Shown piece by piece: positions 27,752 to 37,922 of a stretch of DNA of 64,000 nt (position 1 is the first letter of the stretch; the number at the start of each line of letters is the position of its first letter). This DNA is from a virus. The notes beneath the pieces are model-generated. The model saw nothing but the letters and a program-made list of their open reading frames with translations. It ran no database searches and had not been told where the DNA came from. The stretch lies in IMG/VR virus record IMGVR_UViG_3300042868_010004, positions 64,001 through 128,000 of that record; one strand, given 5' to 3'. The translations under genes and the position numbers were made by a program.

Positions 27752-28225
27752 ATGGCTATTCTATTTGGAAGTAAAGGTTTAGGTGACTTCCCAACCTTCA
27801 TTAAGGCGGGGGAAAGTCAGTCATGCCCATTCACCGTCTCCGTCAATTCAACCACGGGAGCAATAGTTATTGGATACGGCCTCGTCAACGGAGTGATTCC
27901 GTCCGGACTAACAGGCTTAAACGTTGCGGAAACCGGAACATTTTTTTTGGTTTTGACCGTAACTCTTGGGTCCGGAGCTGTAACCGGTGCCGTTTTCTCT
28001 GTTGAATCATCAATACCAAATGTTTATTCCGCAACACAGGGATCTCCCCCTTTGCAGGTCAAAATAACAACGCACGCCATTGTTGATAGGTCTGTTAAGA
28101 AAATTATAGGATGTAATAATATAAGCTTAAACGCTATTGAGTTATTCAGAACGGACAAACCCGATCCAACCGTGATTGGAATAACCCCTTATAATTCTTG
28201 GTATGGATATGAAATAATTTCATGA
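27752..28225 (+). CDS. Tail-tip accessory protein
   Basis: 157 aa, abuts the Ser/Thr-rich gene. Confidence 0.5.
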   Translation: MAILFGSKGLGDFPTFIKAGESQSCPFTVSVNSTTGAIVIGYGLVNGVIPSGLTGLNVAETGTFFLVLTVTLGSGAVTGAVFSVESSIPNVYSATQGSPPLQVKITTHAIVDRSVKKIIGCNNISLNAIELFRTDKPDPTVIGITPYNSWYGYEIIS

Positions 28226-28226
28226 A

Positions 28227-30074
28227 ATGATTTATTATTCAACAAGATCGCGACCAGTTGATACTTTTGGGGATGGGTTTACCTCTCAAGAAACAAATCT
28301 TATATTGGGCGGAGCATTAACGGCGGAAACTACTTTTACTCCGTTTTCTGTTATTGCATCATCAACAGCCGATTTTGCTCCGGGGAATGAATGGTGGTCT
28401 TCTGATACAAGATCAACTCTTAAATTAAGTGACGGGGAGAATTCAACAAGATATTTTCTGATTAGAAATTCATCTTCAGCTACATCGCAGTATACCTTTA
28501 CAAATACTGCTGATTTTTTTTCGGCAAATGAGGAGAGTGGTAATAGTGCTTCATATACTTTGTCTCGGTTATTTTTTACCTCTTATACGATTAGAAGTTT
28601 TAGTAACGGACAAAGTTTTTCAAGTATAGGTGAAACCCAAAGTTTTTTTAGTAGCACTGGTTACACTAGTAGCTCTTTCTTTTTTTCGCAAACGGATACA
28701 GATGCATCTACTAGCACATCCGAATCTTCCTCCTTTTCCACGGGGATTTCTAATTCTAGTTCTAGTTCGTCGCAGCAAACAAACAGTGGCTTTACTTCGG
28801 CAAATAATGTAATCACTTACGGCTCCTCTACTATTCTATCTACTGTTGATGTATATAACTATTGCTTGACGACGAGTGAAACCTACGCGACAAATTACGT
28901 GGGCAATTCCACTACAACATTTTCAACGACGCTTACTAGAACAACTACTTACGAAACAGAATCCACTCAAAATATAAAAGGTTTGGCTACGGCAACCGCA
29001 TTAGGATTTGCTGTTATTTTAGAGCCTATTTATGAGGCGGAAAACTTTATAAATAAATATTACGGAGGAGGGCGGAATATAATAGGTTATTATAATTATT
29101 CAATAAGCAAAACAGAAACAGTCACAAGCGGGCCTTTTCTTTTGACGGGAAGTTTATTTACAAAAAAGTCTTTTGAAGCAAGTCAATTCTTCCCTAGGAT
29201 CACTGTTGAAGCGGTCCCGGCCAGCACATATACTTTAACGAGTTCATTTATTAATACCTCTAAAGTAACGGAAACCGCTACAAATAGCTCCGCTTCCTTT
29301 ATTTTTAGTGAGGGTCTTTTGATTACAACTAGGACGCAGGCTTTTATTTACGATCAGACCTCTGAATCCACTTTTACGCTCACTAATCCAAATTCTGATT
29401 TTTCGACATATCAAGAGTGGATAAATTTTATACAAAAAACAACCAGAAGAATAATTTGTAAAACTACTGGCGATGTAACGGCAGAAAATATAATATCCCA
29501 TCTTTTTACAAGTTATACGTCATATTCTAGGCGTAATTTAATCAATTTTACCAAACCCAGAGACACCACTTTCGTTGATGGGTTTGGGATTTCGATTACT
29601 AGAAATTATTCTCGCAAATATGAGTTTGTAACCAGAACCGATATTAATTATTTTGCTGGACTAGGAAGTCAGTTATCAGGAACCTCTTTTTCTATTTCTT
29701 ACGGGAATACCTATACTTCTGATACCGGTGCGGGAGCCTTTACCTCTCAATTATCTACTAGAGTGCTTGATATTGATTTTGAATCAATTTTCTTTGGCGG
29801 GAAACTACCTACCTCAACCGATGGGCCGTCTAGCGTTTTTGGGGAAAATATGGCATGCCAGATAACTTATCTGGACGACAGTGGCGGCAGCACATTGGTT
29901 CCGGCTGGATTTTATACAGAAATAAGCGAAAATATTTCGAACAAGCAAATTGCAATTGATATTATTGGCTCTCTTGGGCTGAATCTGATTACCTATTTAC
30001 AATCTACGGCTGGTTTACCCCCAATTATAGAAAGTTCTATTTTATACGACGGGGGAGAATCTTTTAGTCCTTAG
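28227..30074 (+). CDS. Ser/Thr-rich tail-tip or fibre protein
   Basis: 615 aa with long S/T tracts (TSTSESSSFST, TTTFSTTLTRTTT); visibly AT-richer DNA. Confidence 0.7.
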   Translation: MIYYSTRSRPVDTFGDGFTSQETNLILGGALTAETTFTPFSVIASSTADFAPGNEWWSSDTRSTLKLSDGENSTRYFLIRNSSSATSQYTFTNTADFFSANEESGNSASYTLSRLFFTSYTIRSFSNGQSFSSIGETQSFFSSTGYTSSSFFFSQTDTDASTSTSESSSFSTGISNSSSSSSQQTNSGFTSANNVITYGSSTILSTVDVYNYCLTTSETYATNYVGNSTTTFSTTLTRTTTYETESTQNIKGLATATALGFAVILEPIYEAENFINKYYGGGRNIIGYYNYSISKTETVTSGPFLLTGSLFTKKSFEASQFFPRITVEAVPASTYTLTSSFINTSKVTETATNSSASFIFSEGLLITTRTQAFIYDQTSESTFTLTNPNSDFSTYQEWINFIQKTTRRIICKTTGDVTAENIISHLFTSYTSYSRRNLINFTKPRDTTFVDGFGISITRNYSRKYEFVTRTDINYFAGLGSQLSGTSFSISYGNTYTSDTGAGAFTSQLSTRVLDIDFESIFFGGKLPTSTDGPSSVFGENMACQITYLDDSGGSTLVPAGFYTEISENISNKQIAIDIIGSLGLNLITYLQSTAGLPPIIESSILYDGGESFSP

Positions 30075-31108
30075 TTTCCAAGCCATTTTACCACGCGAGT
30101 TCGTGGATGGCCCCTATATTCCCCTTCTTTTTCGTGATAGGAAATTATATGCTGATATTCATTTTTTTCAGCTCCCTTTTTCCGTGTGGCGATAACATGG
30201 TCGCATAAACAATGGGGAACGGTGTTCATTTTTATTCCATTTGGATGAAAGTAATTCCACATCATGTATAAATCTTCTGTTCCCTTGCCTTCGTATCCAT
30301 CAAAAATAGCATAAGAAAGAGCGGTTCTTCCCATCAAAAGGCATCCACAACCATGCCAGTCAACAGGGACGCAGCTCGTGCCGAGCCCTATTGCTGGATA
30401 TGCACTCGACATCCATCCTCTGCGTCTCCATCCGTATTTCGCAATAACCTCCCAAATATTACCGTCAGGAGGGCATTCTTTAATTTTTTTTCTAGTGTTT
30501 TCCCATTTATCCAACTGTTCCTTGGAAGGCTCTTTTTTTTCTTTACTTAGAGCCGCCATCTCTTCCTCGTCTTTTTTAATCTCCTCTTTTAGATCTTCTG
30601 GTAACTTTCTTTCGCTGGGTAAAAAATCTTCCGCAATTTGATTTTGATAAGTTCCGAATCCGCCCAAAAACTCCGTATTCGGATATGGACAACTAGAAAC
30701 CTGATAATACCCACCATCAAACTCCAACGTATTCAACATACAGCGAAGCGCGTTCGGGGGCGGTAGCGTATCGCTGTCCAAGCTCCAGCAAAAATCCGCG
30801 TTCAGTCGTCTTGCTTCTGTAAAAGCCGCGTCTCTTAATTTAGAAATTGTTAATTGGGCCGTTTCCTTATAGTTTTTCGCTGTCTCGTCTTCAGTTAGAA
30901 CATTTAGGTGGATAACTTCTGAAAAAAGGGTTTTCCAATAGGAGACAGCAGATAGGCATTCCGATGAGTTATCCCCCGAGATAACAACAAACTCCTCCAC
31001 CATCCCCCTATCTTTTAAAAGACTTATATTGGAATGAACTCTTCTTGCCAGCGTTTTCATCGCGTAGCAATAGTTTTTTGTCGCGCAAACCGTAATGACT
31101 AATTTCAA
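30071..31108 (-). CDS. GT-A fold glycosyltransferase-like protein
   Basis: WSLDSDTLPPPNAL DxD motif; HGCGCLLM and late His motif. Confidence 0.7.
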   Translation of the reverse strand: MKLVITVCATKNYCYAMKTLARRVHSNISLLKDRGMVEEFVVISGDNSSECLSAVSYWKTLFSEVIHLNVLTEDETAKNYKETAQLTISKLRDAAFTEARRLNADFCWSLDSDTLPPPNALRCMLNTLEFDGGYYQVSSCPYPNTEFLGGFGTYQNQIAEDFLPSERKLPEDLKEEIKKDEEEMAALSKEKKEPSKEQLDKWENTRKKIKECPPDGNIWEVIAKYGWRRRGWMSSAYPAIGLGTSCVPVDWHGCGCLLMGRTALSYAIFDGYEGKGTEDLYMMWNYFHPNGIKMNTVPHCLCDHVIATRKKGAEKNEYQHIISYHEKEGEYRGHPRTRVVKWLGN

Positions 31109-31117
31109 AAGGATGAG

Positions 31118-31960
31118 TTAGAGGTTGTTAATCTTGCCAAGCAGGATGTAAATATCCTTTGCCGGGATATCTTTATAAGTCTTCCATTCGAGATAATCCG
31201 AGGATAGACTTTCTTTACATTCCGAGGCAATTTCTGTCAGTTTGAGCCAAGTCAATCCCTTTTGCTTGGCTTTGGAAATCAGGGAGTCGATTGGTTTTGT
31301 GCCGAGAACCGCATTTGAATTTTCATCGGACTTTGGGGCCGTGTGTTTTGCTTCTTTAACTTCCTCGTAACCAAGAACTTGTATTTGCAAGAAATTCTTT
31401 ACACTTCTGATGAAACTGCGATTCTCGGCGAATGCGGTCAGGTAATAAACATCGAAGATGGGCTTTGCATTATTGGTTGTGGCATCGCCCAATCCAGTGA
31501 ATACCACCTCCCGATTTTCTGTCTCATAATTAGGAATCCAAGTGATCTTACAAGCTACGGAGACCTCCCCGTGTGAACCAATAGACGGTTGTGAATACTC
31601 AACTTTGGAAAAGCCACGGAGGGCTGCAATGTATTTAATACCGGAAAGTAGAAGGAGGAGGTGTTTGTCTTCAACTTCATCAACCGTAACCTCCACAATC
31701 GGTTTGCCGGTCAGCTCTTGAATTTCCTTTTCTTTCTGGCTATTCAAAACAAAATGCTTTTTCGGAATCATTGCCTTCCAATCAACTCGACCATCCTCCG
31801 TGAAGATGTAATTCACCCCATGAATGAGGCCGTATTCATTCCGCGTAATGAGTTTAGGTGGAATGTTTGTCGCGGGCGGGCTAACCTCCGCAAACATTTC
31901 AAGCTGAGTAGAGGCCGCGTCTTGCGGGGTTGCGTCTGAATTTTTCTTAGGGCGTCCCAT
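31118..31960 (-). CDS. Hypothetical protein, possible Rad52-like ssDNA annealase
   Basis: VACKITW...TGLGDA...AFAENRSFIRSVKNFLQI..GYEE resembles annealase cores; weak. Confidence 0.4.
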   Translation of the reverse strand: MGRPKKNSDATPQDAASTQLEMFAEVSPPATNIPPKLITRNEYGLIHGVNYIFTEDGRVDWKAMIPKKHFVLNSQKEKEIQELTGKPIVEVTVDEVEDKHLLLLLSGIKYIAALRGFSKVEYSQPSIGSHGEVSVACKITWIPNYETENREVVFTGLGDATTNNAKPIFDVYYLTAFAENRSFIRSVKNFLQIQVLGYEEVKEAKHTAPKSDENSNAVLGTKPIDSLISKAKQKGLTWLKLTEIASECKESLSSDYLEWKTYKDIPAKDIYILLGKINNL

Positions 31961-31995
31961 AATGATGAATTATATTTGAGTTTGAATTGGTTTGA

Positions 31996-33168
31996 TTAGT
32001 CCGTCTTCCGTTGAAGAATACAAAAATACCCGCTATCCTTCCAGAAGTCTTCTGAATCAATCACCGCGCCCTCATTTTGAATGAATGACTGAGTGGGTTG
32101 ATTGGCTTTCCAGTGGGCATGAGAAAGGAAGATTTTTCCATCTGACAAGAGGTATTTATTTGTCTTGAACTTTAAACCGTCATAATTTGTCTTTTCTCCG
32201 GTCTTGTCAAGCGGATTTTCTGTAGGTTTGATAGATTCGACCAAGGCGACATCCAGCATACGGAAACGGATTTCGTCCAGTTCTGAACCATCTGCGCGGC
32301 AGAAGAAAATAGTTTTAACCCCGGAATGCTTGAGTTTTTTACAATAATCAATACTAGTCTGGCTCGTGACTTCAAAATTCAGAACCGGAATGCGGCCACG
32401 GGCTCGTTTTAGGAGATCAATGGAAATTTCTTGATTGGCTACAACCGTATATTTCCGCGTAGAAAGCAGTTGGGCCAAAGCATTCTCATCATGTAAGTAA
32501 TCCATTCGAAGGCTGAAAACATGCTCGGGGAAGATTTGAGGATTAATGATTGAGTCCGGTATTACTTCGATTACCGAATTTTGAAACAATTCTCCCATAT
32601 ATTTTGTTTCAAAAGAGGCCCGGCGACTGACAAGATTCAGTAAGACCGTATCAACAATCTCTTCTGGTTTGATCGTATTGATATTTTTATTTCGTTCAAC
32701 CGCTTGGTAGGTCGGGTGGGGTGCCGTCCCACAAATATTGACCGAGAAATAATTCAGTCCATTGGTCTGACAACTTGTTGAGCCATAAAGCGTTACCGCA
32801 TCTTTTTTATATTTCGCAGCAAGTATTGAATACAGATGATCCCCGGACAAAAGCATCCGGCAACGGGAGATTAGGTAGTCGGCCTTCCCCGGTCTCAGCC
32901 CAAGGAGATGTGCCGAACAAGCATTTAATCGGGAACAGGGTTTATCGGAGATTTGAACGAGAATGAATTGATTGCCAAGTTCTTTTTTTAGTTCATCGAC
33001 AACAATCGCCCAATAATCATAGGTCTTACTCGGAGCCTTTTCATTCGGCGAGGTATTGATCAGGATGGTTTTTCCCAAGTCGAAGTCAACGGGGACGAAA
33101 TCCTCCATGATGTAAGGTTCGGAATGCCGTAAGCCGGTGGAAAGAGAATACAGATCGGTAAGTTTCAT
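31996..33168 (-). CDS. GT9 (heptosyltransferase-like) glycosyltransferase
   Basis: SKTYDYWAIVV..LVQI..LLSGDH....AA....AVTLYG pattern. Confidence 0.6.
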   Translation of the reverse strand: MKLTDLYSLSTGLRHSEPYIMEDFVPVDFDLGKTILINTSPNEKAPSKTYDYWAIVVDELKKELGNQFILVQISDKPCSRLNACSAHLLGLRPGKADYLISRCRMLLSGDHLYSILAAKYKKDAVTLYGSTSCQTNGLNYFSVNICGTAPHPTYQAVERNKNINTIKPEEIVDTVLLNLVSRRASFETKYMGELFQNSVIEVIPDSIINPQIFPEHVFSLRMDYLHDENALAQLLSTRKYTVVANQEISIDLLKRARGRIPVLNFEVTSQTSIDYCKKLKHSGVKTIFFCRADGSELDEIRFRMLDVALVESIKPTENPLDKTGEKTNYDGLKFKTNKYLLSDGKIFLSHAHWKANQPTQSFIQNEGAVIDSEDFWKDSGYFCILQRKTD

Positions 33169-33182
33169 ACGGATTTTTGTTT

Positions 33183-35057
33183 TTAAAGTTTGGTTTGAAA
33201 GGCCACGACGCTTGATTCCGATTTAAATGTCTTTTTCGGTATGATTACTACGTCAACCACTCCATCAATCTCTCCGTGCCCGGTCATAACCGCTTCATTT
33301 TCAAAAATCGGGGCATAAGGAATAATGCAATCAATATACGGATTGCCTTCTAGTATCTCGCTAAACTGAGGATTGGCCGCGAAGTAAATTTTATGGTCCG
33401 GGTAAGTCTGGCGGGCAGATTCCAAAAGAGAGGTCGAGAGATATAACTCTTGTTCATCACCGTTAGAGACAAAAAGAACGGTCTTACAATTTTGGTCAAA
33501 TAATTCAGTCAATTCCGTTTTCTTATTCCGTTCATTATCATCTAAGGCAACTTTGATAAAGTATTTGTAAACATCTTCTCGGGAAATGCCTTGACTCAGC
33601 GCTGTCATCCAGTGCTTTCGCCCGTCCCCATTCGGGGGCTCGGGCTGGAAGAGAACGTTGTCATACAGCAGGGTCAGGAATTCATCCGGGGATTCAACCT
33701 CGGGCATAGGATAGTCTGGATTCTTTCGTTTGGGCGTTAGATCGAAGTCGTAATTAATCTCGGGAAGATTGTCTAGGATTTCGACCCATTTTTTACCCAT
33801 TACCTCGGGAGAGAAGGTATTAAGGGCAAAAGAACGCCCGCTATCCCCAATGATTTTTCGCTTGTCGGAATCCATTAAATGGATCTTTTTCAGGAATTTG
33901 AAGACCGAATATGGATTGGGGACGGCCCGATTGAATTGCGTTTGATGTTGAACCGTGTATGAACAATCAATTTCAGTCACAAAGGGTTCGTCCGTAAAGG
34001 TCTTCCCGAATGAGTAGGAGACGGTTCCAAGGGGTAGCCCGGCATACAGGGCCTCAATGATTGGCATTTCGCACCCGCCCGCATTAGCAAGGTGGCAATA
34101 ACAATCCATGATATTGTAAATTTCATTCAACTGGGATTCGGAAACCCCATGATAGACATTGGTTGTGATTTGACTTTTCTCATACCCGCAAAATGGGCAG
34201 TTCTGATCCTGACCGACATACGGCTTGATCTCATATTCGTTGCATTGACGGCAAATATACGTGGTTAAGACATCCTCTGTTTGAACCCCGCAATCCTTCA
34301 TCAGCTTAGGGATATTCCATCCTTCTGAAAAGTTCGTGTGAAGAAGTAGTTTTGCCTTTACGTTCGGGAATTCTTTTCGGAATTGAGCAAAGCCCTGCAA
34401 GAGCGGTTTGATTTCTTTCCGGGGCTGCGAACGGAAGACGAAGCCGGTGATGAAGGTATCGGAGTCAATACAGAACTTCTTTCGTAGGTTCAACTTGTCT
34501 TCTTTTGGTAACGGGAAGAAATATTCGTTCTCAATGATGGCGGGCATTGTCCGGACGTGATTCAGTCCGATTTTCTGAAATTCCTCCTCCGCGAATTTTG
34601 CCCAAACGGTCATATTCGGTGACTTCTTCGCCATTTCGATCTGTTCGTCGGCCAGAGGGAGAGAGTCAATCGTGATATGCGGAATGACGTTAATTTTGTT
34701 CCACCAAGACTTTTTCAGATAGGGGAAGGCCCAAGAGTCGTTGGAAAGAATGAATATGTCGGGCTTTGTCTTTTGAATGAACTCGTCAATTTTCAGAGAG
34801 CCATAAGAAGCGTCTCTGAGGGCTGTGGGATCAGATTGCAGAGCGGCGAGTTGATTCCGGTCATCAGGGGTCGCCCCATAACATTCAATGGGAAGTTTTT
34901 TATTTTCGGGGGCAGACCAAGAAAGGCCGGTTGCAAAATATTTTAAGTCATACTTACCTGTCTTGTATAGATATTTCAGGAGGGCTTTCCCGTTTCTGCC
35001 TAGCCCGGTATTTGAAGTTGGGAAATCGGTTGAAATTGCAACTACTTTTTTGCGCAT
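33183..35057 (-). CDS. Multidomain GT4-type glycosyltransferase
   Basis: TGLGRNG N-terminus, FRSQPRKEI, GGCEMPIIEAL; internal CRQC..CPFC zinc motif. Start placed at MRKKVV. Confidence 0.8.
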   Translation of the reverse strand: MRKKVVAISTDFPTSNTGLGRNGKALLKYLYKTGKYDLKYFATGLSWSAPENKKLPIECYGATPDDRNQLAALQSDPTALRDASYGSLKIDEFIQKTKPDIFILSNDSWAFPYLKKSWWNKINVIPHITIDSLPLADEQIEMAKKSPNMTVWAKFAEEEFQKIGLNHVRTMPAIIENEYFFPLPKEDKLNLRKKFCIDSDTFITGFVFRSQPRKEIKPLLQGFAQFRKEFPNVKAKLLLHTNFSEGWNIPKLMKDCGVQTEDVLTTYICRQCNEYEIKPYVGQDQNCPFCGYEKSQITTNVYHGVSESQLNEIYNIMDCYCHLANAGGCEMPIIEALYAGLPLGTVSYSFGKTFTDEPFVTEIDCSYTVQHQTQFNRAVPNPYSVFKFLKKIHLMDSDKRKIIGDSGRSFALNTFSPEVMGKKWVEILDNLPEINYDFDLTPKRKNPDYPMPEVESPDEFLTLLYDNVLFQPEPPNGDGRKHWMTALSQGISREDVYKYFIKVALDDNERNKKTELTELFDQNCKTVLFVSNGDEQELYLSTSLLESARQTYPDHKIYFAANPQFSEILEGNPYIDCIIPYAPIFENEAVMTGHGEIDGVVDVVIIPKKTFKSESSVVAFQTKL

Positions 35058-35115
35058 GCAGATTATGAAAAACAAGAATACATAAGTCAAGACGGAAGTT
35101 TATCATTCAAATCCG

Positions 35116-35151
35116 AAAAAAGAAAACCCGCCTGTTTTAAGGGCGGGCTTT
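35116..35151 (-). terminator. Rho-independent terminator after SSB-like gene
   Basis: CCCGCC / GGCGGG stem followed on the minus strand by TTTTCTTTTTT. Confidence 0.8.
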
Positions 35152-35175
35152 GCAAGTTGTTGATTACGAATCAGA

Positions 35176-35841
35176 TCAGAAAGGGATCTCGGAACTGTCT
35201 TCCTGATCATCAACGGGTTGCGTCTTGGGCTTAGTGGTTTTCTTACCAGTGGGCGCGGGGGTAGGGTCAGCCTTCTTCGCGGGGACCGTGGTCTTACCGG
35301 AGAACTTCTCTTTGATAGCTTTCACGTAGAATTCATCAAGTTCGATAGAATCACGCTTAATTACCTTACCTCGGCTATCCTTAATTTCCTCTTCCTTGGG
35401 GAGTTCGTCTTTGGTGAACTTCCACTTTACAAGTTCGTCATTTTGCCAAACGGAAATTTGTGGGTAACGAGCATTGTTCTTGGCGGGATTCGGCTTGGTA
35501 AGATAGATGGTGAACTTCAGATTCTCATAAGATTCTAGACCGAGAAGGGAATTGAATACGGATCGAGTGAGAATCGAAAAGCTCAAATCTAGAACATATT
35601 TTTCGTCCCCGTCAATCAGGGAGACCTTTACGGTGGGATACTTTTCACCCTTCCATTCGCGTTCGCCCGTATCAACTTTATCAAGAGCGCCGGAAAATTC
35701 CTTACTCTTCTGCACCACTTGGTATTCACCGTCAATCTTCTGCTTGAAAGAAAAATAAGGTTCGCACTGAACGTCATTTTCCTTGTGAACTGGTTTTACG
35801 AAGAAAACCTTGCCATTATATTCATTAGTAGAGCCAATCAT
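35176..35841 (-). CDS. Single-stranded DNA-binding protein-like
   Basis: Beta-rich N-terminus, P/K/T linker, acidic tail DDQEDSSEIPF. Confidence 0.65.
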   Translation of the reverse strand: MIGSTNEYNGKVFFVKPVHKENDVQCEPYFSFKQKIDGEYQVVQKSKEFSGALDKVDTGEREWKGEKYPTVKVSLIDGDEKYVLDLSFSILTRSVFNSLLGLESYENLKFTIYLTKPNPAKNNARYPQISVWQNDELVKWKFTKDELPKEEEIKDSRGKVIKRDSIELDEFYVKAIKEKFSGKTTVPAKKADPTPAPTGKKTTKPKTQPVDDQEDSSEIPF

Positions 35842-35969
35842 GATATTTTATTTTATTGTTGTTGTTTATATTTACTGTTTCTGACATTAGATTCGTTAGG
35901 ATTCCCGCACGATTCTAAAATTGATATTCTGAATTTATCGGAAATTGTCAAGAAGAAAAATTCATTCGA

Positions 35970-37352
35970 GTGAACTACCACGCCCTAAAGGGCTGTGGCT
36001 TCCTGTTTCATAGGGTTTGACTTATTACTTTCAAACATATAGTTTGAAAAAACAGCGGTCAACTCCTCCACAGGCAGACTTCTAAGTTCCGTAGAAGTTA
36101 ATTTTGGATTATATAACCCAAAACATAATATTGTTTTTGCTGATTTAATATCTCTATCTTCGGAAAAATCACCATCAACAAACATCCGTTCGGATAGGTT
36201 TATTTTTATGTTTTTCCCGCTAATTGGAGATATTTTTGTTGTTAGAAGCCAACGATTTATCATAATGGAAGTTTCCAAGTTTTTTAACTTAGTCTTTATT
36301 CTCCCCATGACTGAATGCTGAACTTGTTTTCCGAAAAGACCGGAATGCCAACCTTTTAAATTTTCATCCTGAAAGACAACGGTTTCGTATGATTTTAATT
36401 TGCTTATGAATTTATTAGCAGCGTCATTTTTCTTATTAATTAGTTTTACATGTGATTTTTGTATTTTCTTGATCTGTTTAACATAATTTTTACTTCCCTT
36501 TTTGCGCTTTGATAACTTTCTCTGTTTTCTCTTATGGTATATCGTTGGCGGAAAACTCCAATTAAATTTCTCACCGTTGGACAAAACAATATTATCTTTT
36601 ATTCCAAAATCCAATCCAATTTTACCGCTTTTAGCAATCTTCTCTTTATTTTGATAGCAGCAAATTTTAATATAATATCCGGTAGAATCTCTAAATAAAA
36701 CAGCACTTGCGCAATCTTTTCCGTCTAACTGAGTCAACCCAGAGATTTTCAGCTTTCCGATTCCCTGAATCCTCATATAGTTCTTTCCAGAAATTTTATG
36801 AGTTGATCCAAATTGTTTCAACGGAATGGAATTAACTTCCTGTGAAAAATCTAACCCGCCAACTTTTAACCCCGCTTTTTTAGCTTTTGAAAGGTTTACA
36901 ATATTTTGTTGACCTCTCTCAATTAAAGATTGAATAATTTGAGAACCAAGCGTTAAAGTTCTCTCTTCTTTTATATCACATTTTCCAGTTTCCTTATTAA
37001 AAACATGAACAATAACTTTTCGCTCTTTAGAATCTCTTGTGAAAAAACTTTGGTCGTTCAACATATCATTATACAACCATTTCGCTTGAACAAAAGAATT
37101 TTCTAATTTCTCCTTAACCTCCCTGCTTAAATGTGAATAATCTACCTTGACAGTGAAAACCTTCAAAGACATAGCAGATCTCTTAGCTTTATTCAAAGCC
37201 ATAGTCTGTTTTATCTTTGCTGATTTTGATAACATAATTTACTTAGTAGAATCTTCCCAACATATAAATACAGGTTTTTATGATAAAAGTGAAAACCATT
37301 TTAAAATTTATTGCGATAATTCATCCCCTAGCTAAAGCACGAGGCTTTCTTA
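35970..37352 (-). mobile_element. IS200/IS605-family TnpB-only element 1
   Basis: Right-end hairpin CCAC.GCCCTAAAGGGC.GTGG ending TCAC on the minus strand; left-end hairpin at 37321-37350; no tnpA. Confidence 0.8.
35985..37235 (-). CDS. tnpB: TnpB RNA-guided endonuclease (zinc finger lost)
   Basis: RuvC motifs IGLDFGIKD, VFQDENL, DRDIKSA; no Cys in the expected ribbon. Confidence 0.88.
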   Translation of the reverse strand: MLSKSAKIKQTMALNKAKRSAMSLKVFTVKVDYSHLSREVKEKLENSFVQAKWLYNDMLNDQSFFTRDSKERKVIVHVFNKETGKCDIKEERTLTLGSQIIQSLIERGQQNIVNLSKAKKAGLKVGGLDFSQEVNSIPLKQFGSTHKISGKNYMRIQGIGKLKISGLTQLDGKDCASAVLFRDSTGYYIKICCYQNKEKIAKSGKIGLDFGIKDNIVLSNGEKFNWSFPPTIYHKRKQRKLSKRKKGSKNYVKQIKKIQKSHVKLINKKNDAANKFISKLKSYETVVFQDENLKGWHSGLFGKQVQHSVMGRIKTKLKNLETSIMINRWLLTTKISPISGKNIKINLSERMFVDGDFSEDRDIKSAKTILCFGLYNPKLTSTELRSLPVEELTAVFSNYMFESNKSNPMKQEATAL

Positions 37353-37374
37353 TCGTCATATCGTAAACTCAGCC

Positions 37375-37815
37375 TCAGAGTATTTCATAATTGTTGCCCG
37401 ACCCGGCAATTACATCAACCGAGGCATAGGCATCTGAAATGACAAAGGTGGATTGATAATCAAAAGTCACGCCCGCGCCCGATAGCGTGATTGCATTCCC
37501 CGTAGATTGCCCGGCGATGTCTTTCACTTTGAAAATCTTAGCATCACCCGAGGGAATAGGGAAGGATAGTGTTTTGGCTGAACCTGAAGTATTCACCGCA
37601 AGATAGTAATCGGAATAGGAGACGGAATAGGAAGATTCGTTAATGACTTTTCGATTAATTGACTCGCTAAGAATAAAGATATTTTCAAAAGTTTTTTCAC
37701 CCTCGACTGTCTGATCTCCGGTCAGAAGAACAAACTGCCCATCAACTACATCAAGGATATAACCTGAGAATTGCAGGAGATTTATTTGTTCAAGACGAAT
37801 GGGCGAATAGGGCAT
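37375..37815 (-). CDS. Structural/fibre-like protein
   Basis: LTGDQTVEGEKTF and SDYYLAVNTSG..TLSFP motifs typical of fibre modules. Confidence 0.5.
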   Translation of the reverse strand: MPYSPIRLEQINLLQFSGYILDVVDGQFVLLTGDQTVEGEKTFENIFILSESINRKVINESSYSVSYSDYYLAVNTSGSAKTLSFPIPSGDAKIFKVKDIAGQSTGNAITLSGAGVTFDYQSTFVISDAYASVDVIAGSGNNYEIL

Positions 37816-37922
37816 ACGAAAAACGGATTAAAGAACTTTTGATTTTATCCGATGTTTTTGTCTGAATGAATGGGTTTCCTATCGGGAGGATTATTTTTAA
37901 TTTTTATCATGATGATTAATGG

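Noticed and set aside
20100-30074. Diversity-generating retroelement acting on fibre genes
   Set aside because: No reverse transcriptase and no TR/VR repeat pair seen in the window.
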